NCBI GenBank assembly: GCA_003483065.1
Contig: DMWY01000013.1
Location: forward strand, 1 to 60,681
Length of the DNA: 60,681 nt
Direction: 5' to 3'
Source of the DNA: Candidatus Moraniibacteriota bacterium
GTDB lineage: Bacteria > Patescibacteriota > Minisyncoccia > Moranbacterales > UBA2206
The notes under the pieces are model-generated. The model saw only the letters and a program-made list of their open reading frames with translations, had not been told where the DNA came from and made no database searches. Shown piece after piece: positions 39,389-48,316 of this stretch (the stretch's first letter is position 1; each line of letters opens with the position of its first letter). A program made the translations under genes and the position numbers.

Positions 39389-39482
39389 ATTGATATATTA
39401 CGCCATGCTCACATCCGAAGATATGAGTTTAGGCAAGATTGTATCTCTATTATACATTTTAAAGAACAAAAATCAACCCGCT

Positions 39483-40847
39483 CTAATTTTTCATGGTGGT
39501 TTCATTTTTTTCTAAAATTAATTGCTTATCTTTAAAAATGAGCCTGCTTTTTGTGCAGGCCAGTATTTCTCTCTTTTCAGTAATATTCCCTTGCTTTAAA
39601 ATGTATTTTGCGTAACTTCTTAAATCGACTTTTTTCTCTTTTAATATTTCATTTTCCTTACCATTTATCTGCAGTACAATTTGTCTAAATTTAGCATATC
39701 TTTCTATCTCTTCTTCAAATTGTTTTTTAATTCCAATTTCATTTATATCCAATTGATCAATGATTTTTGTTAGTTGTGATATCAATTCTTCTTCTCGCAT
39801 ATATCCAGCTTTGCAATTGTGATCTCTGGATCTGGTGCATCCATAATAAATATATTTGACCGTGTTGCCATTTTTTAGTTTTTTATATTTCTCATCAGCC
39901 GTCATCCCTGATCCGCAATGTCCGCAAGTGATGAGTCTCGTGAATGCAAATTCTTTAGCGTCTTTCATCACCCTGTCCCTTTTCAGTTGCTCATGAGCAA
40001 TATCAAATAATTCTTTAGTGACAAGCGGTTCATGATTACCTTGATACCAATTACCACTACCTCGTGGATATTCGAATGGTCCGTAATAAAAAGTGTTTTG
40101 TAGAATTAGATAGATATTGCTGAGTGAAAGATTTTTGTTGCCCTTGGTTTTAAAATTCAATTCAAATCTCAGCCAATGATATATTTTTCTTCCACTCCAT
40201 CTTTCATGAGCAACTTTTTCAAATATTTTTCTGATAATTGGTCCGCGTTCTGGGTCAATAATGATGTGTCCTTTTCTCTCTACGCTTTTGTCCGTTAAAT
40301 ATCCAGATGGAGGACAGGTTGGCCAAAGTCCCATTTCACATCGAGTTCGAAGTCCTCGTTTTACATTTACTCCACGATTATCATTTTCCAACTTAGCTTG
40401 CGAGCCTAAAATCATCAGAAGAAATTTTTCATTCGGAGAATTTTTGAAAACTTGTCCGTATGTTCTGATTTCAATCAGTCCGCCTTGATCCATGAGATCT
40501 ACTAGCGTTCCAAGATCGCCAGCGTTTCGACTCAATCGATCTGGCGCCCAAGTTAGAATTCCATTGAATTTTTCTTTGCGAATATCTTCAATAAGTTCAT
40601 TGAAGATTGGACGTTGTGCTGAATCTTTAGCCGAATGACTTTCTCTGCGAATTTCCACAATTTCCAATCCTTCGCGTTCGGCAATTTGCAACATTTCTTT
40701 CACCTGAGAATCGATGGATAAAACCTGCCGTTCTTCCGATTCGGTTGACTTTCTTGCGTAGAGACAGTACTTAACCTTTATAATCTCTGCTGGCTCTTGA
40801 AAACCAGTTTGCGCTCCTAAAACTTGTTGTGTGAGTGTATTGTTCAT
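39483..40847 (-). CDS. Large serine recombinase; probable start ATG 40847 (the ORF track extends to 40913)
   Basis: Resolvase catalytic domain YCLYARKSTESEERQVLSIDSQ..WAPDRLSRN, recombinase domain, and zinc ribbon CGHCGS..YYGC. Confidence 0.9.
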   Translation of the reverse strand: MNNTLTQQVLGAQTGFQEPAEIIKVKYCLYARKSTESEERQVLSIDSQVKEMLQIAEREGLEIVEIRRESHSAKDSAQRPIFNELIEDIRKEKFNGILTWAPDRLSRNAGDLGTLVDLMDQGGLIEIRTYGQVFKNSPNEKFLLMILGSQAKLENDNRGVNVKRGLRTRCEMGLWPTCPPSGYLTDKSVERKGHIIIDPERGPIIRKIFEKVAHERWSGRKIYHWLRFELNFKTKGNKNLSLSNIYLILQNTFYYGPFEYPRGSGNWYQGNHEPLVTKELFDIAHEQLKRDRVMKDAKEFAFTRLITCGHCGSGMTADEKYKKLKNGNTVKYIYYGCTRSRDHNCKAGYMREEELISQLTKIIDQLDINEIGIKKQFEEEIERYAKFRQIVLQINGKENEILKEKKVDLRSYAKYILKQGNITEKREILACTKSRLIFKDKQLILEKNETTMKN

Positions 40848-40903
40848 ATACCCAATGAATGACGCGATACTCAAATGAAGTCCAGCCCTAGCTGTTGATA
40901 ACT
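40843..40903. repeat. Direct repeat copy 1 (61 nt), immediately upstream of and including the recombinase ATG
   Basis: TTCATATACCCAATGAATGACGCGATACTCAAATGAAGTCCAGCCCTAGCTGTTGATAACT. Confidence 0.85.
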
Positions 40904-40986
40904 TTTTGGACAATAATAAAGAGCTTATCTCGAAAGATAAGCTCTTGGTTCATAAGTTTATGATTTGATCCCTATTATATTGGGAC

Positions 40987-41565
40987 CTATAAATTGTCTT
41001 TGTCGGCCTTTACCTGCAAAATGGGCGGCTGGTTCAGTTTAATATATTGATCACTGAGCATGTATTTGCCATTCCATTCGACATAAATATCCTTGTCATT
41101 GAAGAAGAAAATGGCATCGCCATTACTGCCATAACTGCCGTCAAGGTCTGGGCTCGCAACAACATGTACATTATCACGACCAGAAGGGCCAGTGCCGGTA
41201 TTACCTTGGCCATCATCCACCAACTGATCAGTGCAGGTTAGCATGGAGTTGACCGATGAGACTTTTCCCTTAACAATGAAAAATCCCATGATCTTTCCGG
41301 TGTTAATCAAGTAGATGTAACTGATCTTATCGGAGACGTTAAATCGGGTCAATCGTTTCGATAAATTTCGCCGTTCCACGCTATCAGATAGCTTGGGTGG
41401 TGGCACAGCAATATTCAGACGTTTAAATGTTTCAGCGGTCACTATTTGATCCGCAGCTTGAATGTCGCTAACGGCTTCACTGGATGATTTGAAGTCATTT
41501 GCCGAACAAATAAATATCGGACAAAAAACAACAAAAGTCAACAGATATAACAATGCTTTTCTCAT
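40987..41565 (-). CDS. Lipoprotein, paralogue A, function unknown
   Basis: Start MRKALLYLLTFVVFCPIFIC|S (lipobox) preceded by GGAGGG. About 60-70% identical by eye to the upstream paralogue. Confidence 0.7.
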   Translation of the reverse strand: MRKALLYLLTFVVFCPIFICSANDFKSSSEAVSDIQAADQIVTAETFKRLNIAVPPPKLSDSVERRNLSKRLTRFNVSDKISYIYLINTGKIMGFFIVKGKVSSVNSMLTCTDQLVDDGQGNTGTGPSGRDNVHVVASPDLDGSYGSNGDAIFFFNDKDIYVEWNGKYMLSDQYIKLNQPPILQVKADKDNL

Positions 41566-41566
41566 G

Positions 41567-42229
41567 TTAGCCCTCCTTCCGCTTGTGCTTAGATGAAACA
41601 CCTTGTTGACTACCCTTATCGACTTCAGGTTTTTTTTGTTTGGTTGAAATATCCTGACCGTCTTTGTCAACTTCCAGCATTAATTCAGGTGGTTGATCCA
41701 GTTTGATATACTGGTCAGTAAACATATAAACGCCATTCCATTCAATATAAACATCCTTATCATTGAAAAAGAAAATGGCATCACCATTACTGCCATAACT
41801 GCCGTCAAGGTCTGGGCTCGCAACAGCATGAACATTACCACGTCCATAGCTTTTGCCCTGGCCATCATCCACCAACTGCTCAGTGCAGGTTAACATGGAG
41901 TTAACCGATGACACTTTGCCTTTGACAACAAAGAAACCCATAATTTTTCCGAAATCAACCAGATAGATATAGCTGATTTTATCGGCGACGTTAAACCGGG
42001 TCAAGCGTTTCGATAAATTGCGCCGTTCCACACTGTCATTAATATTTGATGGCGGTGGCACAACAATACTTAAACGCTTAAAGGCGATAGCAGTTGCCTC
42101 CTGATCCGCAGCTTGAATGTCGCTAACGGCCTTACTGGACTCGCTGTATTTGAGATTTTCTTCATCGCATCCGGCGAAAAAAAATAAGCTCATCAGCATT
42201 ATCAATAATAGAATAAGCTGTTTTTGCAT
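41567..42229 (-). CDS. Lipoprotein, paralogue B, function unknown
   Basis: MQKQLILLLIMLMSLFFFAGC|D lipobox; RBS GGAAGGAG. Shares SVERRNLSKRLTRFNV.DKISYIYL..GKIMGFF.VKGKVSSVNSMLTCT.QLVDDGQG with paralogue A. Confidence 0.7.
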   Translation of the reverse strand: MQKQLILLLIMLMSLFFFAGCDEENLKYSESSKAVSDIQAADQEATAIAFKRLSIVVPPPSNINDSVERRNLSKRLTRFNVADKISYIYLVDFGKIMGFFVVKGKVSSVNSMLTCTEQLVDDGQGKSYGRGNVHAVASPDLDGSYGSNGDAIFFFNDKDVYIEWNGVYMFTDQYIKLDQPPELMLEVDKDGQDISTKQKKPEVDKGSQQGVSSKHKRKEG

Positions 42230-42244
42230 GACTTCTCCTTCCGT

Positions 42245-42724
42245 TTAATTGATAAACATTTCAGAGGTAAGATGCTGTGGCAGATTGCGATCCATGAAAA
42301 TTTCCTTATTCTTTTTGGAGGCATCTGCGTTGTAGGCCGCGACCTGATCCTCGAGTTGGTTTTTAAACGCTGTTTCCATCTGACTCAAGCGGTCGTATTC
42401 CTGGCGCTGATTGTAATTCCATTGCTCAGGGTCTTTTGAAAGACCGGCTTTGGTATTTTCGAAAAGCTGAACGGCGTTTTTTAGTTTTTTGCCAGTGGCC
42501 TGAATCTCATTGTAGCGATTGAAAAAAGTCTCATATACCGCGATGACATTTTCGCCATCGAAAGTTTTTTCGACGATTTCCGAGGCAGTTCTTGCCGGCC
42601 GGGTTATCATTTTCCAGCCGAAACCGAGTGCCGAAATCAATACCATAACGCCAAATACATAAAGAATAATTCTTCCAACTTTTACTTCTCCCGTGTTTTC
42701 ATCATAATACTTCTGAGGTTTCAT
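42245..42724 (-). CDS. Single-TM protein with a helical ectodomain, function unknown
   Basis: TM helix IILYVFGVMVLISALGFGW; no recognised motif. Confidence 0.62.
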   Translation of the reverse strand: MKPQKYYDENTGEVKVGRIILYVFGVMVLISALGFGWKMITRPARTASEIVEKTFDGENVIAVYETFFNRYNEIQATGKKLKNAVQLFENTKAGLSKDPEQWNYNQRQEYDRLSQMETAFKNQLEDQVAAYNADASKKNKEIFMDRNLPQHLTSEMFIN

Positions 42725-42806
42725 TTTCTTGTCCTTTCATACTATAGGTTTTTTATTATTGACCAGACACTGGGTTTATTGTTAAAAAATTACGCCTTTT
42801 TTAAGA

Positions 42807-43058
42807 TTAGTTTTCACCTCCTTCAAAATTGGTTAAATAATTTTTCCATTGATTTTTAAACTTCCACGCCATAACAAATGAAACAAAAAGCACAGATTCG
42901 ACGATGGCAAGTGGCACAAAAATGTGCCAAACATAGTTTACCGCTGCTAAGACAAGCGCACCCAGAGAAAATGCGACAAGAAAGAAAATACTGATCTTCC
43001 ACCATCTCATCATATTCTCATGAGCTGATTGCATTAACATCTTTGATATTGGATCCAT
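42807..43058 (-). CDS. Small two-TM membrane protein
   Basis: WWKISIFFLVAFSLGALVLAAV and IFVPLAIVESVLFVSFVMAW; RBS AAGGAGG. Confidence 0.58.
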   Translation of the reverse strand: MDPISKMLMQSAHENMMRWWKISIFFLVAFSLGALVLAAVNYVWHIFVPLAIVESVLFVSFVMAWKFKNQWKNYLTNFEGGEN

Positions 43059-43073
43059 AACATGAGTCCTCCT

Positions 43074-43511
43074 TTAATTGATAGACAAATCAACTTGCTT
43101 GGGAATTTCAACACTATTGAGCTTGCAACCTACAGCGAAAATAAAATCACTGATTTTTTCGGTCGCAAGATTATATGCTCGTATTTTCCGCATATATTTG
43201 TGTTGAAGTTCTTTAATAGCAAGGTTTAACTGTCCATTACGGATATGCTGCGACTCCTTCCAGTTTTGTAAGTCTTTTGGTGCTTCCTTGCGAAATGCAT
43301 CATACTCATCCAAAATCTGGACTACGGAAATTTCGGTTGCCCTTAAATCCATGAACATGGACTGCACAGGCCTAAATTTTAAATTAATGATCCAGCATCC
43401 GAGTACGCTACCCAAAAAGAGTAGTGCGATAAGACCACACAAAATAATTATTGACGAATGACTTTTATTGCAGTTATTTTTTGCTGGTTGTGTTGCCATA
43501 ATCTGTTCCAT
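43074..43511 (-). CDS. Single-TM protein, function unknown; first gene of the cassette operon
   Basis: TM helix IIILCGLIALLFLGSVLGCWII; RBS GAGGAG. Tandem TTGACA promoters lie upstream on the minus strand (~43570-43650). Confidence 0.58.
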   Translation of the reverse strand: MEQIMATQPAKNNCNKSHSSIIILCGLIALLFLGSVLGCWIINLKFRPVQSMFMDLRATEISVVQILDEYDAFRKEAPKDLQNWKESQHIRNGQLNLAIKELQHKYMRKIRAYNLATEKISDFIFAVGCKLNSVEIPKQVDLSIN

Positions 43512-43730
43512 TGCTTTTTCTCCTCTTGTCTAAATGGTTGCTTTATTTTATGGAAATTATTCCTAGATTTACCGAGAAATGCTATTTAATTGTCAAGGAT
43601 CTGACTCAGCAGTATTGCATATTTTGTAGAAATTGTCAAGCTGTCGTAATAGCCCAATAGCTTGGAAACGTTTTCTGATATATACTAGGTAGTTAAATCT
43701 TAACGTTTCCTAATATGTATATAACCAATT

Positions 43731-43793
43731 TTCATATAACCCAATGAATGACGCGATACTCAAATGAAGTCCAGGCCTTAGTTGTTGATAACT
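43731..43793. repeat. Direct repeat copy 2 (63 nt)
   Basis: TTCATATAACCCAATGAATGACGCGATACTCAAATGAAGTCCAGGCCTTAGTTGTTGATAACT. Two indels and two substitutions relative to copy 1. Confidence 0.85.
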
Positions 43794-44107
43794 AAAACCC
43801 TCAAAAATCCTTCAAATATCTCATTATTTCATCTAAATTTTGGGCATTGACAAAAATTAGTAAAGGATTAAAATAATAATATAAAGGCAGTTGTGGAAGT
43901 AAAATATCATATATATATCAGATCCAAATAAATAACCATAAAGTAAAGAGTAAAGAGCGCTTAAGTTTTTAACTTCAAGAGAAGAGCTTAAGAGCAAATG
44001 GTTGAAAGTATGGGTCTTTTTTATTTCTCAAAAATAAAGAATACTTCTTAATTAATTAAAAATTTCAATTCTAAAAATTCTTAGGTTTTTTCTCTACTTA
44101 TTAAAAG

Positions 44108-45400
44108 ATGAGAAAAGAAAATCTAAAGATTACTTTTGTAAAAGTAGATTCTTTAAAGGTGGCAACCTTCAACCCACGAAAATGGGATGATGCAAAAAAA
44201 GCTAAGTTAAGAGAAAGTATTGAACGCTTCGGATTGGTCGATCCGTTGATAGTGAATTCAAATCCAGCCAGAAAAAATGTTTTGATAGGCGGACATTTTC
44301 GGCTTTTAATAGCTAGGGAGCTGGGATACAAGGATGTCCCGGTAGTATACCTCGATATTCCTGATATTGAAAAAGAAAAAGAACTCAATCTTCGCCTGAA
44401 TAAAAATGTCGGGGAGTGGGATATAGAACTTCTTAAGGAGTTTGATCTAAGTGCCTTGTTAGAGGTTGGTTTTGATGATGAAGATTTGTCTCAGATCTGG
44501 GACGACTCACTGGAGACTGAAGACGACAATTTTCAGGAAGAAAAAGAGCTGGCCGAAATTAAGGAAACTGATATTCAGCTCGGGGATTTGTTTGAACTTG
44601 GTTCGCATAGATTGTTATGTGCCGATGCACACGACTCAGCGAATATCCAAAAGTTGATGGGTGGAGAAAAAACTTCGATGATATACACAGATCCTATCTA
44701 TAATATTGGTGTGTCCTATGACAAAGGTATTGGTGGCAAACAAAGTTATGGAGGTAAAGTGGATGATAATAAATCCGATACAGAGTATCGTGAATTTCTC
44801 AAAAGTGGGATGCAAAGTGCAATGTCTGTGGTTAATAAAAATTTTCACTATTTTTGTTACTGTGATCAAAAGTACGTAGGAGTCATTCAAGATCTTTATC
44901 GAAAGCTAGGCATAGAAAACAAGCGAGTCGTCTTGTGGATTAAGAATGGACAGAATCCGACTCCGGGCGTGGCATTTTCGAAATGCTATGAGCCTTGTGT
45001 CTATGGCACAGTTGGTAGTCCGTACCTTTCCAAGAGTCTGCAGAATCTGAATGAAGTAATGAACAAGGAAATCGGAACTGGCAATCGCTTGATCGATGAC
45101 ATACTTGATGAACTTGATATATGGCTTGTAAAAAGATTGGCGGGTAACGAATATGAACATTCAACTTCCAAACCGCCAACACTCCACGAAAAAGCCATTC
45201 GCAGATGCACAAAGCCGGGAGATATCATCCTAGATCTTTATGGTGGGAGCGGAAGCACTTTGATTGCGGCAGAAATGCTCAAGCGCAGAGCTTATCTCAC
45301 TGAAATTGAGCCAAGGTTTTGTCAGCTCATAATAAATAGGTACGAGAAACTTACTGGCCAAAAAGCTAAACTAATTAGTAACACCAAAACAAATGACTAA
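44108..45400 (+). CDS. ParB-like nuclease domain fused to an N4/N6 DNA methyltransferase (phage/plasmid type)
   Basis: ParB/Srx motif LIGGHFRL, MTase motif IV variant IYTDPIYN, AdoMet motif ILDLYGGSGSTLIAA. Confidence 0.85.
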   Translation: MRKENLKITFVKVDSLKVATFNPRKWDDAKKAKLRESIERFGLVDPLIVNSNPARKNVLIGGHFRLLIARELGYKDVPVVYLDIPDIEKEKELNLRLNKNVGEWDIELLKEFDLSALLEVGFDDEDLSQIWDDSLETEDDNFQEEKELAEIKETDIQLGDLFELGSHRLLCADAHDSANIQKLMGGEKTSMIYTDPIYNIGVSYDKGIGGKQSYGGKVDDNKSDTEYREFLKSGMQSAMSVVNKNFHYFCYCDQKYVGVIQDLYRKLGIENKRVVLWIKNGQNPTPGVAFSKCYEPCVYGTVGSPYLSKSLQNLNEVMNKEIGTGNRLIDDILDELDIWLVKRLAGNEYEHSTSKPPTLHEKAIRRCTKPGDIILDLYGGSGSTLIAAEMLKRRAYLTEIEPRFCQLIINRYEKLTGQKAKLISNTKTND

Positions 45401-46163
45401 AATAAATTATGGCGACAAATTTCAAATCGGTGTTCATATCTTGGTATGTGGCGATGCATTAGATCCGAAAATCGTGAAAAAAGCAATTGGAGAAAATAAA
45501 ATCAACGCTTTCATTTCAGATATTCCGTACGGAATTGATTATACAGCTAGCAAGAAAAACTTTAGTAAAGTTAAGGTGGACAAGGACATTCTTAATGATG
45601 GTTTTGTTTCTGAAAAGCAATACGCCCAGTTTGTGGAGAATCTGATTACTCCAGTCATTTCATATCTCACTCGTAAAAACACTTTCTATATTTTCAATAG
45701 CGACAAGCAGATCTTCGCTTTGCGTGAAGGTATGGAAAAATGTGGAATACATTTTTCTCAACTTTTAATCTGGATAAAAAATCATGCGGTGATTGGCAGA
45801 AAAGATTATTTGCCGATGCATGAATTGATCGCCGTTGGCTGGTTTGGTGTGCATGAGTTCAAGAAATCTCAAGACAAATCAGTTTTGTTTTGTCCCAAGC
45901 CGAATAAAAGTTCATTGCATCCAACGCAAAAGCCTCTGAGTCTGATGCGCAGATTGATTCTCAACAGCACTTCTATTGGCGACTTTATCTATGAGCCGTG
46001 CGCAGGCTCGGGTAGCACTGGAATCGCCTGCGAACAAACAAAAAGAAGATGTATTATGATCGAACTTGATCCGGAATATTGCTGGACAATCATTGAGCGT
46101 TTTGAAAAGTTAGGAGTGAAAGTTATGAGAGTAATTGATAAAGAGAAAAAAGATGATAAATAA
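45393..46163 (+). CDS. N4/N6 DNA methyltransferase (PF01555-like)
   Basis: FISDIPYG (motif IV), HPTQKP, IYEPCAGSGSTGIAC. Confidence 0.82.
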   Translation: MTKINYGDKFQIGVHILVCGDALDPKIVKKAIGENKINAFISDIPYGIDYTASKKNFSKVKVDKDILNDGFVSEKQYAQFVENLITPVISYLTRKNTFYIFNSDKQIFALREGMEKCGIHFSQLLIWIKNHAVIGRKDYLPMHELIAVGWFGVHEFKKSQDKSVLFCPKPNKSSLHPTQKPLSLMRRLILNSTSIGDFIYEPCAGSGSTGIACEQTKRRCIMIELDPEYCWTIIERFEKLGVKVMRVIDKEKKDDK

Positions 46164-46605
46164 CAAAACTACAAAAAAACGAACGGCTGAGGATAAAAAG
46201 GCTGTTTTGGAACAATTGGCAAAACTGCCCATTATTCAAGTTGCCTGCCAAAAGGCTGGCATTAGTCGCGCGACATATTATCGTTGGCGAATTGCGGACA
46301 AACATTTTGCCAAAGATGCCGACGAAGCGATTGAGGAAGGCGTGCAGATGATTAATGATTTGTCAGAGTCGCAATTGATCAGTGCGATTAAAAACAATAA
46401 CTTTTCTGCAGTCAGGTTTTGGCTGCAGAATCGCCATCGCGCCTACGCTAATAAGGTTGAGGTTTTTGATCGAGGAAAGAGTGATAATCAAGAATTAACA
46501 GATGAGCAGAAGAAAATCATAGAAGAAGCTTTACAATTGGCTTCTGCTAGTCCTGAAAAAAATGGAAACGATGAATCAAAACCAAATTATCAAACAGTTA
46601 CTTAA
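46135..46605 (+). CDS. HTH protein, putative terminase small subunit
   Basis: ACQKAGISRATYYRWR HTH; positioned directly upstream of and overlapping the terminase large subunit gene. Confidence 0.5.
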   Translation: MIKRKKMINNKTTKKRTAEDKKAVLEQLAKLPIIQVACQKAGISRATYYRWRIADKHFAKDADEAIEEGVQMINDLSESQLISAIKNNNFSAVRFWLQNRHRAYANKVEVFDRGKSDNQELTDEQKKIIEEALQLASASPEKNGNDESKPNYQTVT

Positions 46606-48025
46606 TGACAGGCAGGTTCGTATACAAGCAACAAAGAAAAGTCACAATTTATTTTTCCATGTCTATTTGAGTGAATATGTTAGATATGAGACAGCCGATT
46701 TTCAAAAAGAAATGTTTCGAATTACAGAAGACGATTCAATAAGAGGATCAGTGATTGTGGCTTTTAGGGGTTCTGCAAAATCGACTATAATGGATTTGTC
46801 ATATCCCCTTTGGGCGGTAATGGGAAAGCAACAGAAAAAATTTGTAGTAATTTTTACACAAACTCAACAACAAGCCAAACTTATCATGTCCAATCTTAGG
46901 AAAGAGATGGAAACAAATAAATTGCTTATGCAAGAGATGGGCCCTTTTGAAGAACAAAACGGACAATGGAGTTCTCTTTCTATAGTAATCCCAAGGTTCA
47001 ATGCTCGCATTATGGTTGCCTCGGTTGATCAAAGCATCCGAGGAATGCGACATGGGGCATATCGTCCAGATTTAATTATTCTAGATGATGTTGAAGATTT
47101 GGACTCAGTAAAAACCAAGGAAGGCAGAGACAAAACTTTTAATTGGTTTGCTGGAGAAGTTATTCCAGCTGGTGATGAAAGCACTAAGATAATCATTATC
47201 GGGAATCTTTTGCATGAGGATTCGCTTTTGATGCGCCTTAGAGAAAGTATCGAAAAAGGAAAATGGAACGGCATTTTCAAATCCTATCCACTTGTTCGTG
47301 TTGTTGATGATGAAAGCATTATTCTTTGGCCAGGAAAGTTTAAGAGTATGGAAGATATTAAGCGATTGAATTTTTCTATCCCTAACGAAAATTCGTGGCA
47401 ACGCGAATACATGCTGAATATTGTTCCGGACGAAGGTCAAATTATTCTGCCAGAGTGGATTCATCATTATAATAAACTTCCTGCGGAGCAACCAAATTTT
47501 GTAATAACAGGAATCGATCTTGCTATATCTGAAAAAGATACTGCTGACTATACTGCAATGGTTTCGGCGTGTGCTTATGGAACTGGGGAAAGACAGCGAG
47601 TATATATTTTGCCCAATCCGGTCAATAGGCGGATGGATTTTCCCAAGACTCTGGAAAAAATAAAAGAATTGAATCAATTCTTAAGTGGAATTGGTTGTCC
47701 TAAAATATATATTGAAGAAGTTGGTTATCAGGGAGCAATCATTCAACAGTTAAGAACAATGGGCATCTTTGCTGAAGGAGTAAATCCTCACGGAAGCGAT
47801 AAGCGTTCACGACTAGTTTCTGTGAGCGGGTTGATTTTTTCAGGAAAAATAATGTTTCCATCTCATGGGGCGAAAGAACTAATTCAACAATTAACAGGTT
47901 TTGGCAAAGAAAAGCATGATGATTTAGCTGATGCCTTTTCAATCTTGGCTTTGCAGATTATAGAAAGAGCTCGGAAACAAGGAGGATTTATTATTGCTGG
48001 TGCGCCATTGCCGGATTTTATGTGA
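46562..48025 (+). CDS. Phage terminase large subunit
   Basis: Walker A-like AFRGSAKST, Walker B DLIILDDVED, and C-terminal RNase H-like nuclease residues (GIDLAIS..DYTA; HDDLADAF). Confidence 0.82.
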   Translation: METMNQNQIIKQLLNDRQVRIQATKKSHNLFFHVYLSEYVRYETADFQKEMFRITEDDSIRGSVIVAFRGSAKSTIMDLSYPLWAVMGKQQKKFVVIFTQTQQQAKLIMSNLRKEMETNKLLMQEMGPFEEQNGQWSSLSIVIPRFNARIMVASVDQSIRGMRHGAYRPDLIILDDVEDLDSVKTKEGRDKTFNWFAGEVIPAGDESTKIIIIGNLLHEDSLLMRLRESIEKGKWNGIFKSYPLVRVVDDESIILWPGKFKSMEDIKRLNFSIPNENSWQREYMLNIVPDEGQIILPEWIHHYNKLPAEQPNFVITGIDLAISEKDTADYTAMVSACAYGTGERQRVYILPNPVNRRMDFPKTLEKIKELNQFLSGIGCPKIYIEEVGYQGAIIQQLRTMGIFAEGVNPHGSDKRSRLVSVSGLIFSGKIMFPSHGAKELIQQLTGFGKEKHDDLADAFSILALQIIERARKQGGFIIAGAPLPDFM

Positions 48026-48100
48026 TAGTATCAGATGAATGTTTACTAAAGCTATAATGTGCTGTAAACTTATGGTAGGTTTTGATTATGGACAAAAATT

Positions 48101-48292
48101 ATGAAAAAGAGCAAAAACTTACCGGAAATACTCACTCTCAAAGAAGTTTGCGAAGTTCTTAATTGTCATCCCAACACTCTCCGTAATTGGGACAATGAAG
48201 GCACATTAAAGGCTATTCGTTTTGGGAAGCGTGGCGATAGAAGATATCACAAAAAGGACATAGAAAAGTTAATTATAAAAATGAAGAATTAA
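48101..48292 (+). CDS. MerR/excisionase-type HTH protein
   Basis: LTLKEVCEVLNCHPNTLRNWDNEGTLKAIRFGKRGDRRY. Confidence 0.75.
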   Translation: MKKSKNLPEILTLKEVCEVLNCHPNTLRNWDNEGTLKAIRFGKRGDRRYHKKDIEKLIIKMKN

Positions 48293-48316
48293 AATATTTA
48301 ACAAATATTAAATTAT

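Noticed and set aside
39335-39535. 66-aa + strand ORF
   Set aside because: It lies across the structured intergenic leader and the 3' end of the recombinase gene. The palindromes explain the open frame.
43694-43729. 11-codon minus-strand ORF (MKIGYIHIRKR*) after repeat copy 2, as a resolvase N-terminal remnant
   Set aside because: The resemblance to the MKIGYARVS start of small serine recombinases is only 5-6 residues, too short to distinguish from chance.
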